In this document: positions 56,303-64,000 of the stretch, piece after piece | How the letters are laid out: every line of letters starts with the position of its first letter | How positions within the stretch are numbered: position 1 is the stretch's first letter | NCBI GenBank assembly: GCA_043780835.1 | Contig: JAYWCB010000001.1 | Span: forward strand, 103,738 to 167,737 | Direction: 5' to 3' | From: Minisyncoccota bacterium | GTDB lineage: Bacteria; Patescibacteriota; Minisyncoccia; Phycocordibacterales; UBA2100 | DNA length: 64,000 nucleotides | Translations under genes and position numbers: made by a program | Notes under the pieces: generated by a model | Databases searched by the model: none | Told to the model about the DNA's origin: nothing | What the model saw: only the letters and a program-made list of their open reading frames with translations

Positions 56303-57739
56303 ATGCGAAATATATACATTATTGTCATAGCAATCGCATCGTTAATTGCTATCGGAATATTTGCCGGCACATCGAATCATTCCAGTTCCGAAACCGCCTC
56401 GCATCAAAGCCCACTCAATCCTGCAATGAGCGACTTTTTTGATCAGTACGACATCTATTTCACCGGCTGGAATAATTACTTACGAAATGGCCAAGATTTA
56501 GGTCTAACCGAAACGGGATCCTCTAGCTTGCAGGCATTTGAGCTTGGGATGTCTAAAAATGCTACGTCCACTGCTACAGAGGCAGAAATATCGCGTCAAA
56601 TCAAAAAAGGTCAAACGGAAGGGCGTGTTCTCACCGTGCTCCCCCATAGTGCATTCGTGATCGAAAGTCACAGTCCGAATGAAGCTAATTTGTCCTACGG
56701 ATCATTAACTCCAACCGTCTTGCAGTTTAATGGCGAAACGTTTACGCGGGACGCTGTAAATTCAAATTATTATGTGGATGGGAACCACATAGTCTACGTT
56801 GGGTGTTTAGAACAGACGTTTAATGAGAGATCAAATGGGAATCTTTGCTCGCAATATGGATTATATGTGGACCATAAATTAATTGATCAAACATTCAAGT
56901 CAGACGCAAACAAATTCTTTGATCTGACAATTTACCCTATACGCGACCACGTGGTCTACTACTCAAAAAGTGAAAGTGGCGGCGATAACCCATTTTTTGC
57001 GTACAATTTAGAAACGGGAATAAAGTCACCGTTGTCTGCAAGCGACGGTTTCGAATGTGAGCTTCTAGGCTTTGTAAATCGTCTGCCAGTCAACCTATGC
57101 GTAAATTTCGATAAATATCCGAGCAGCGATATATCCGTTGGCGGTGTACGCAAATATGAAATTTCTCGATCAAAGGACGACGTAGGCTCAGTCTCGCAAA
57201 GAATACTAGTGGCTAATGATCATGTTTATTACAGCGTGGTCAACAAACCTGCCGATTCATCTTCACCTATTAAGGCCTCACTTATTCGCGATGGTTTAAA
57301 AGTCGCTGAGGCTGAGGAAGCTTCTTCACAATACTTTTACGATGGTTATACTTATCCTACCAACGGAACGGACACGGGATGTTTGTTCGCAAATGATCAA
57401 CCCGGACCATCTTTTTGTATTGTAGGTAATGATGTAATCTCACGTAGTAATTTTGGTTTTGATCAGAATGAATACTACCTAAACGGACAAATCATTGATT
57501 TTACAAACTACTACAACGTGATTTTGACACCACAGGATCCGAAATGGGATGGAAAAAAGCCAAGCATATGGCAATTGGATTTTTTGCCCGACAGCAAAGG
57601 CAAACTTTCTAAGGTACTGTTTGAAACTTTGTCACCACACGATATTTATGTGTCAGATATACTCCCAAATAATACGATTTCGAGCCCCCAACTCTTGGTC
57701 AGCAACGTGGGAGCCATCGTAGGTGCAAGCCATAAATAA
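56303..57739 (+). CDS. exported beta-rich hypothetical protein
   Basis: 478 aa, N-terminal TM/signal, Tyr/Asn-rich. Confidence 0.7.
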   Translation: MRNIYIIVIAIASLIAIGIFAGTSNHSSSETASHQSPLNPAMSDFFDQYDIYFTGWNNYLRNGQDLGLTETGSSSLQAFELGMSKNATSTATEAEISRQIKKGQTEGRVLTVLPHSAFVIESHSPNEANLSYGSLTPTVLQFNGETFTRDAVNSNYYVDGNHIVYVGCLEQTFNERSNGNLCSQYGLYVDHKLIDQTFKSDANKFFDLTIYPIRDHVVYYSKSESGGDNPFFAYNLETGIKSPLSASDGFECELLGFVNRLPVNLCVNFDKYPSSDISVGGVRKYEISRSKDDVGSVSQRILVANDHVYYSVVNKPADSSSPIKASLIRDGLKVAEAEEASSQYFYDGYTYPTNGTDTGCLFANDQPGPSFCIVGNDVISRSNFGFDQNEYYLNGQIIDFTNYYNVILTPQDPKWDGKKPSIWQLDFLPDSKGKLSKVLFETLSPHDIYVSDILPNNTISSPQLLVSNVGAIVGASHK

Positions 57740-57826
57740 AAACGTGGCCACGCCTTGGGAAGTTGATCCCGGATCGCTCATCATGCTGTGGAGGTGCGCG
57801 AGACGGCAATTTGATATGTTGTTTAC

Positions 57827-58498
57827 ATGTGCGGACGCTTCACTATCGCAAATACGGCAAGAGTGATTGAGCGACGCTTCGGCGCGAAATTCATAAGCCC
57901 TGCCTGGGTGCCGACATTTAATGCCGCACCCTCGCAATTTTTACCAATAATTACAGGAATAGACGCGTCGCACATCACGCTCGCAAAGTGGGGCTTTGTC
58001 CCCGAATGGGATTTAAAGCACAAATTAAAGCCCCAGATAAACGCGAGAATTGAAACGACGGCAGAAAAACCATCATTCAGGGACGCATACCGATCACGCC
58101 ATTGCATTGTTATAGCTGACGGGTATTACGAATGGCGGAGAGTCGGTTCGCGAAAAATCCCGTACCGATTTACTAGAAAAGACGGCGACATGATGTCATT
58201 TGCCGGAATATGGTCACGATCGAGCGATGAATCGCCAACAACCTTCGCCGTATTGACGACGGATTCCGTCGGGGAGGCCAAGAAATACCATCATCGCATG
58301 CCCGTTATCTTGAGGCCTGGGAAGGAGCGAATTTGGCTGCCAACGGGCCCAGGATTGCTTATACCGCCTCAAAATGAAGAAGATGCGATCATGGCGCAGC
58401 GTGTTTCGGAGGCTGTAAACGACGTTGGATTCAACGCTCCGGAGGCAATTAAGCCTGTTGCGGACGATTCACTGTTATTTATCCAAAAACTAGCGTGA
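57827..58498 (+). CDS. SRAP/YedK abasic-site protecting protein
   Basis: MCGRF (Cys2), INAR.ET...KPSF, DGYYEW, H.RMPVIL, VN. Confidence 0.93.
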   Translation: MCGRFTIANTARVIERRFGAKFISPAWVPTFNAAPSQFLPIITGIDASHITLAKWGFVPEWDLKHKLKPQINARIETTAEKPSFRDAYRSRHCIVIADGYYEWRRVGSRKIPYRFTRKDGDMMSFAGIWSRSSDESPTTFAVLTTDSVGEAKKYHHRMPVILRPGKERIWLPTGPGLLIPPQNEEDAIMAQRVSEAVNDVGFNAPEAIKPVADDSLLFIQKLA

Positions 58499-58543
58499 CC
58501 TATATTTGACGGCGGTTCTTGATCGGATATCTAAGTGTCGGTA

Positions 58544-60083
58544 ATAGAGCCGTGGGGTCTAAATTTTCCCTTCCGGGGGCCTAGGAGAGCGCGGCAGATC
58601 AGTGGAACTTCCATCTAACATCGCAATTAGTCGTCGACATCTCGCTTCTTAATGACTCCACTTTGGATCAGTATTTGGAATAATAGTCCGTCATTAAAGA
58701 GTCGCAAAAAAGTACGCTTCGCAGATTCAAGCAAGACGTCATCGGAAGCCTGTGCCATCAAGTCATTTACTTCTCGTAGCGCCGGAAGCGCTGAGGGATC
58801 ATCCTTGTATTTCAATAGAAAACCCCGCACCTGACTTTTAGGTAAGAGGCTAATTACCATCCTGCTAGGCAGATAATCTTCGGGAAATTCAGGTAAAGGA
58901 GGCGTCGATATAAATTTAACTTTATACGAGGTGTACCCATACTCACTTGTTTTCGTCTCCACTATTTCGGCGAGATCATTCCCAGCAAGTACGATATCGC
59001 CTTTTTCAAACAATCGCCTAAAGTTGTGCGTTATAAGAGCGGGTCCCCATGACTGGCCGTCCTTTTGTACTTTACTAATATCATCAGGATCATCGAAGTT
59101 TAGAAGCTCATTAATCCGACTGATCGAGTGCAGACTTAGAAGCGATATCATCGCAATATTGTCGCGTATACTTTTGTGAGAGTAGTGTTTCTCGTTCCTA
59201 GCACCTGCCTCGGGATGAACAGATCCGCTGAGATCCGAAAAAAAATTGAAATACGAGCCACCCATGACGATCCTTTCCTCATCTCTAGCAAGAGATAGGG
59301 CTCGTTTATAACTGCTGCGCGCCGTGCTGAATACAGAAGAAGATTTTGTCGTCTCCCATTCGGCTTTAAGAAACCACGGTCGTGCATTGACCTTGGACAG
59401 GTCAGCGCGAATCCGTCCGCGAAACAATTTGATGGAACTGTCGGTATTATGACTGGTGAATCCGTAAAATTCCTTTGAATCAGATTGTCTGCCTAAAAAC
59501 CGATCTAAATTCTCAGCGCTCAAATACATACGATACGCCTCGTCGACGTTGGTATTCGAGAAATTGATCAGATTTATTAGAATTTCGATCAGCTTTCTCG
59601 CTAAAGTATTTTGACGATCGATCATAGCTTCTACTACCGCTCGACCCAGCGTATCAAGATCAATACTTTTTAGATCTTCAACCAACAAATCTTGCTCAAC
59701 CATGATTGATGCGCCGGCTTTCAGGATCTGCCGAGCATAGCCATATAAAAAAAGTCTTTTGGCTTCAGCAGGCGAAATATTGGCGAATCGCGCCCGCGTA
59801 TAAAAAGTGTCGTTGGGAAAGATTCTATTCAGGAGACGATTCGACTGTCTCGTCACGGAAGAAACGAAAAAAGTAGTTTCTGGATCTATTCTTAAATGTC
59901 GGCGGCGGAAGCTACCTAGCTTGGATTCGATTTTTATCAAAAACCTCGCAAAACCAATTTTCCATTTTGGAACTGACTCCTCGTCCCTTGGATGCGCAGA
60001 CATATGGCCACATTATCATCGCTCATATAAAGGCGATATTCCATAGACGTGGGGGCCAAATTTTTCCCCCCGGGGGTCGCTAG
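58544..60083. repeat. imperfect ~41-bp direct repeats flanking one gene
   Basis: ATAGAGCCGTGGGGTCTAAATTTTCCCTTCCGGGGGCCTAG (58544-58584) vs ATAGACGTGGGGGCCAAATTTTTCCCCCCGGGGGTCGCTAG (60043-60083). Confidence 0.65.
58627..60003 (-). CDS. hypothetical protein, DUF5677/HEPN-like
   Basis: LARKLIEILIN and Y...SDLSGSVHP motifs in a helical domain, plus a C-terminal SH3/KOW-like segment. Confidence 0.55.
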   Translation of the reverse strand: MSAHPRDEESVPKWKIGFARFLIKIESKLGSFRRRHLRIDPETTFFVSSVTRQSNRLLNRIFPNDTFYTRARFANISPAEAKRLFLYGYARQILKAGASIMVEQDLLVEDLKSIDLDTLGRAVVEAMIDRQNTLARKLIEILINLINFSNTNVDEAYRMYLSAENLDRFLGRQSDSKEFYGFTSHNTDSSIKLFRGRIRADLSKVNARPWFLKAEWETTKSSSVFSTARSSYKRALSLARDEERIVMGGSYFNFFSDLSGSVHPEAGARNEKHYSHKSIRDNIAMISLLSLHSISRINELLNFDDPDDISKVQKDGQSWGPALITHNFRRLFEKGDIVLAGNDLAEIVETKTSEYGYTSYKVKFISTPPLPEFPEDYLPSRMVISLLPKSQVRGFLLKYKDDPSALPALREVNDLMAQASDDVLLESAKRTFLRLFNDGLLFQILIQSGVIKKRDVDD

Positions 60084-61792
60084 ACTACAACGGGGACGTA
60101 AAAATCCCGTCCGCCGGCAATTACCCAGGTTCTAACAGCCTCAACGGTTCGGAGCAATGTAGGACCAAGGGACTCGAAAGAGTCCTTTTGTCGTTTAGAC
60201 ATTGGCTTTTTGGAGGTTCGAGCGGACACTTCTTCAGAATCCAAAGAATGCTTATTCTCCATTATGGTTAAGAAGAAAGGATGTAGGTCTACATTGATTT
60301 TTTGGTCTTTTAGCACGAGGTTCGAGCCGAGGCACGCGAGAATGGAACGCTTGGTCACTTTATCTCCGTTCTCGAACCAAACACGCGCATAACAGGCAAA
60401 ATTGAACGTCTTTTCACTCAATTCAAGCCATTGCTCCTTCTCTCGACCCTTATCCGCTAAATCACTCTCAAGCGAATTTTTGCGATTGAGGAGCGTACCC
60501 TTCATAGATTGATATTCATTATTTGAAATAAGACTGCTGTCTGCGTTTTGGAGCGACGTATATCTCAACAAGAGACCGTCAAGCTGCTTGTTAATCACTT
60601 CTAGCTCCGCGTGTTTTTTTCGCAAATCTTTTTCCTGATTTTCGGCTTCAGTTGTTCGAATTTCAGAAAGATGTTTAAGAGCCCACGCTTTAAACTTTTC
60701 CGAAATGGTTACGCTTTCAAGAAGCTCTAGGACCTGACGGTTCAATTCCTTAAGTTCAATTGATTTTTCCGTACAGTTAGGATTTTTCTTATGTGTGCAG
60801 TGGTAATAGACATAATGATGTACATTTCCGTTTTTTTGCTGCTTAACTTTCGGTTCGGCAGTAATACTGCTACCGCAGCTCGCACAACGCATCAGACTGC
60901 CCGTAAAGGCCATTTCGTGATGTGTCTTTGGTCGCGGCGCACCCTTCCGACCTAGACGTTCCTGCACTAGGTTATATTCCCACTCACATATCATCGGCTC
61001 ATGTTGACCTTTCTGCCACACAAGTTCTCCCGTGTCTTTATCCTTATATTGAAACCACCCGTAATAAAAAGAATTTTTGAATATGTTTTTATAAACGTAG
61101 CTGCGCGTTAAATGCTTTCCACCAATATTTCTATGCGGAACTGTTGTGAGGCCCCATTCCTTTGACTGTTTCCAGACTTCGGCGGCAGTGTATTGCCCCG
61201 CAAGCATCAAGTCCCACATTCTACGGACCAGATAAAAGCGCTCTGGGTCTTTCTCAATGGTCTTATATCCCTTTGGTTTATCGGGAGTATTGCGATAGCC
61301 AATGGGCGCCCCTGACGGTCTCCAACCCAACTTTGCTTTGCTATTCAGACCTCGCTTTACATCAATACCCTTGTTGTCGTTTTCCAACTTTGCCTGCATA
61401 CACAGGAAGCTCAACCAAAACTTATTATCTGGTGTATTTCGATAAGTTTGTTGCGGAGTCCTGACCTCAACAACCGTATTAAGGTCGAGAAGGTAAATTA
61501 GAGTTCCTGTATCAACCGCATTTCTTGAAAGTCTATTGGGATGCCAAACAAGAATTCCGCTCGCTTCGCCCATATTAATCCGCTCCACCATTGTTTTGAA
61601 GTCAGGTCTGCTATTGGGGACTTTTGCCGAGTGCGATTCCTCAAACCAATCCACAATCTTTAAATCATCCTTATCCGCAATTATTTTCAGTTCCTCACGC
61701 TGCGAAGAAATCGAGAGCATTTGTCGGTCTTCTTGCTCACTCGACTTTCTCAAATACGCAAAGTATTTAATGGGACTCTTTTCCAAGGACAT
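60080..61792 (-). CDS. large serine recombinase (island 2)
   Basis: YLRKSS, NRLSRN, zinc ribbon, coiled coil; paralog of 50635-52344. Confidence 0.93.
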   Translation of the reverse strand: MSLEKSPIKYFAYLRKSSEQEDRQMLSISSQREELKIIADKDDLKIVDWFEESHSAKVPNSRPDFKTMVERINMGEASGILVWHPNRLSRNAVDTGTLIYLLDLNTVVEVRTPQQTYRNTPDNKFWLSFLCMQAKLENDNKGIDVKRGLNSKAKLGWRPSGAPIGYRNTPDKPKGYKTIEKDPERFYLVRRMWDLMLAGQYTAAEVWKQSKEWGLTTVPHRNIGGKHLTRSYVYKNIFKNSFYYGWFQYKDKDTGELVWQKGQHEPMICEWEYNLVQERLGRKGAPRPKTHHEMAFTGSLMRCASCGSSITAEPKVKQQKNGNVHHYVYYHCTHKKNPNCTEKSIELKELNRQVLELLESVTISEKFKAWALKHLSEIRTTEAENQEKDLRKKHAELEVINKQLDGLLLRYTSLQNADSSLISNNEYQSMKGTLLNRKNSLESDLADKGREKEQWLELSEKTFNFACYARVWFENGDKVTKRSILACLGSNLVLKDQKINVDLHPFFLTIMENKHSLDSEEVSARTSKKPMSKRQKDSFESLGPTLLRTVEAVRTWVIAGGRDFYVPVVV

Positions 61793-61795
61793 AAA

Positions 61796-62263
61796 TTACT
61801 TATAAATCTCAAGAGAACCGTTGAATGATGTGATTTCGGCAACTTTTTCGTTCGTAAGTGAATCTCTAACTTCAAAGTGTTTGTAGCCAGTGACCTCTTT
61901 CTTAAGAAGACCTATTTTTGCCAGAAAGTCTTTTTTGAAGGTCACGGTTTGGGTATACCAAGCCCTGTCCGCATACACGACGACAGCGCTCGCGGAAAAT
62001 TCGTAATCGCTAATCAGTCCTGCTTTCTTTGATAACGACATAAGGCTATCCAATTCTGCCTGTGCGTCAGCTTTGGGTCTTTCAGAAGCTGTTGGTTGCG
62101 GGGCGGCAGTAGTTTCTACAACAGGCGTAGTTGCGGCTGGCTGTGACGTCAATGATTCATCTTCAACAAGCGAGGTTACTAATACAACTCCAAAAAGGAT
62201 AGCGATTGAATAAAGAAAACCTTTACGATTCCAAAACGGGGTTTTAGTAGGGGTCGCATCCAT
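61796..62263 (-). CDS. membrane-anchored hypothetical protein
   Basis: KTPFWNRK plus TM, P/T/A linker, globular domain; likely start MDATPTK. Confidence 0.7.
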   Translation of the reverse strand: MDATPTKTPFWNRKGFLYSIAILFGVVLVTSLVEDESLTSQPAATTPVVETTAAPQPTASERPKADAQAELDSLMSLSKKAGLISDYEFSASAVVVYADRAWYTQTVTFKKDFLAKIGLLKKEVTGYKHFEVRDSLTNEKVAEITSFNGSLEIYK

Positions 62264-62322
62264 ACAATTATAAATTAGTCGCACGTATAAAGTCGGCAAT
62301 ACAAAAAGCGGCAGCCGTAGCC

Positions 62323-62447
62323 TGCGACCCACAGTATCGAACTGCACGAGGCAGCCAATTGTGGAGGACAGCTGCCGCTTACTGGCCGCAATTGGGCTGT
62401 AAGAAGCAAAACTGCCTCGGTGCAGATATTCAATGCCGTGGGTCGCA
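62323..62447. ncRNA. candidate long nested stem-loop
   Basis: TGCGACCCAC/GTGGGTCGCA, CTGCAC/GTGCAG, GAGGCAG/CTGCCTC and CCAATTG(T/C)GG pairings. Confidence 0.5.
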
Positions 62448-62477
62448 ATGTAAGTATGACTGTTTTATACATAGATT

Positions 62478-62675
62478 TCAACGCAACTGCTTATCCCAAA
62501 CCAAATCCATAAATTCGATTGCATCTCGAATATCGGGTCGAGAGCTCTGTGTGTAGCGCCTCAAAAGGTCGTCTACATACGTCGCTTGATACTCAATCGG
62601 GCAATCATCAATACACACGTAATGCGGAAAGCGCCGACGTATCTGCCTATCGCTTGGTCGCTTATTGTTCGCCAT
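62478..62675 (-). CDS. small hypothetical protein
   Basis: 65 aa, overlaps the upstream gene stop; GGAGG upstream. Confidence 0.55.
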   Translation of the reverse strand: MANNKRPSDRQIRRRFPHYVCIDDCPIEYQATYVDDLLRRYTQSSRPDIRDAIEFMDLVWDKQLR

Positions 62676-63093
62676 ACATTAAGTTGCGCCCACCTGTTTG
62701 GAGGTCATACAGAGACCACAGAAGCGATTTTATGGTCTCGATTTTCTTGCTCTCAATTTCAACCGCGTACCATAGAGCCCGTGACTTGGATGCTTCCGTC
62801 TTAAAAGTAAGTGACTGCGCATAGAAGGTGCGCTTTGCCTCATCCATAAAGGCTATGTAATCTGCTAGTCGCTCCTGAAGCCAAACCCTTGCCTCTGCGG
62901 AGTTACCGAGCACCTTCAATCGCTCTTTTCGGTTCTCGTGTATATCGCGACTTATGGTCCGAATATCCACCTTCAGATGTACTGCAATTTCTGTGACAGA
63001 TAAGCCCTGAATATGTAATCGCTCCACAGCGACACGACGAATTTGAATCTCTATTTGTTTGGGGTTTAGCTTTTCCTTGTTCATAAAAATCAT
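62662..63093 (-). CDS. HTH DNA-binding protein
   Basis: RR..V..L..QGLSVTEIA.HL.V..RTISRDI. Confidence 0.75.
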   Translation of the reverse strand: MIFMNKEKLNPKQIEIQIRRVAVERLHIQGLSVTEIAVHLKVDIRTISRDIHENRKERLKVLGNSAEARVWLQERLADYIAFMDEAKRTFYAQSLTFKTEASKSRALWYAVEIESKKIETIKSLLWSLYDLQTGGRNLMYGEQ

Positions 63094-63275
63094 CTAACTG
63101 TGACATCTAGGACATTTGCATCATTTAGGTCACTTCGCTTGATTGGTCTATATACGACGTCGAAAAGCATAAGAAGTGAAGTCGCGTTTTCTACTGCATC
63201 TTGTTCGGATTTCTCCGTGCCAATTTCTTCAGCCCAAATTTCCATAAACTCTTTAACTGCCCGTGGACTAATCAT
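63090..63275 (-). CDS. small island protein
   Basis: EF..IW.EE.G.E.S..DA......L..L...VY.P pattern, shared with 54003-54164. Confidence 0.7.
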   Translation of the reverse strand: MISPRAVKEFMEIWAEEIGTEKSEQDAVENATSLLMLFDVVYRPIKRSDLNDANVLDVTVR

Positions 63276-63507
63276 TGTGAATAAACCCTTTCAGGTTCTT
63301 AATGGCCGAAATAAACGCTTGGGGTTCGACCGACGCCTTACCAAAAGAAAAATCCCGCAGCAGGTTTTCTCTGTTTTCGAATGCATCGAAAGCAAAGAAA
63401 ACACGCTGCGGGTCCTTACGGTTCACATATGCAATTTTGTGGCCATGCGCTAGAAGAAAAGCTGCAATGTAGAAATCTCTCGTTACGAATTCTGTCTCAT
63501 CCTCCAT
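63268..63507 (-). CDS. DUF5659-like protein
   Basis: TRDFYIAAFL...G...V.F.F...VEP..F...IK.LK. Confidence 0.7.
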   Translation of the reverse strand: MEDETEFVTRDFYIAAFLLAHGHKIAYVNRKDPQRVFFAFDAFENRENLLRDFSFGKASVEPQAFISAIKNLKGFIHND

Positions 63508-63559
63508 ACAAGGATGCTATTCCTTCCGAGTGAGAAATAGGGCAAAAACGTGTTTGTAT

Positions 63560-63958
63560 CTAATTGGTTGGAAATACACCACCTTTCCGCTTCGGGGACA
63601 GAATCATCCTGTACACGTCATCGACATCCACCCGCAACTCCCGTATACGTCGCCATGTTACAGGGTTCACGAAATGCACCATTCCATTCGTCATTTCTAT
63701 AAAGAAGATTTGGGCTAGCGCACCTCTAAATCCCAAGTCTCGCAGTACATCATCCATTCCCTTTTTCATCTTGAATTTCCAGACATCCTCCACTTCCTGT
63801 CGCGTCACCTTTCGATTTGCATTCCCATGTATGTATTGAAAAAAGCCACTGACGTCGCTCCCGAAATGGGGTCGGCTGATAATGTGGCCGTTGACAGCAA
63901 TGTATTTACTTTTTGAGGCATCGTAGTTCACTCTGAACGCAGTTTCATCATCTGGCAT
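63560..63958 (-). CDS. hypothetical protein
   Basis: 132 aa, co-oriented with the island operon. Confidence 0.6.
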   Translation of the reverse strand: MPDDETAFRVNYDASKSKYIAVNGHIISRPHFGSDVSGFFQYIHGNANRKVTRQEVEDVWKFKMKKGMDDVLRDLGFRGALAQIFFIEMTNGMVHFVNPVTWRRIRELRVDVDDVYRMILSPKRKGGVFPTN

Positions 63959-64000
63959 ATTTCATATTCATTTGGCCGAATTATAGCCATTTTCTGCCTA

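Larger units (their letters stand above)
50642..60157. mobile_element. integrative island 1 at the tRNA-Asn 3' end
   Basis: Bounded by CGGAGCAA cores (50642-50649, 60150-60157); encodes LSR, AAA helicase-like gene and cargo; visibly more AT-rich than the flank. Confidence 0.75.
60150..64000. mobile_element. integrative island 2 (continues beyond the window)
   Basis: Begins with a 48-bp near-copy of the island 1 left end; encodes LSR, HTH, DUF5659-like and small island proteins. Confidence 0.7.

Noticed and set aside
1-64000. CRISPR array, rRNA, IS transposase, phage structural genes
   Set aside because: No regularly spaced repeat-spacer pattern, rRNA signature or such protein motifs were seen by eye

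Overview
Bacterial chromosomal window, most likely from a Patescibacteria/CPR (Parcubacteria-like) genome. This is inferred from the compact genes, two mreB paralogs, short ProRS, tRNAs without encoded CCA and the island gene families. About 1-22 kb is mostly core genes (mraZ, greA, mreB-mreC-mreD-like-PBP2, proS, rseP, frr, holB-like, second mreB, def-fmt, hpf) with four ordinary tRNAs. About 22-50 kb is an accessory block: a DUF4331-TPR-HupE/UreJ cluster, three histidine kinases with no stand-alone response regulator, flavoproteins, a lipid-remodelling cluster, an ECF sigma/anti-sigma pair, an S41 protease and surface proteins. Several genes there share a TTCA-N7-TTCA upstream motif. The most notable locus starts at 50.3 kb. 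A tRNA-Asn(GTT) is split inside its anticodon (35/36) by a 249-nt group I intron and has a divergent free-standing HNH gene upstream. Two large-serine-recombinase islands appear to be stacked at its 3' end. The att core lies in frame inside the recombinase genes, so integration would swap their C-termini, and the same DNA supplies a terminator for the tRNA. Several unexplained structured intergenic elements were also found. All family assignments come from motif recognition by eye; no searches were run.
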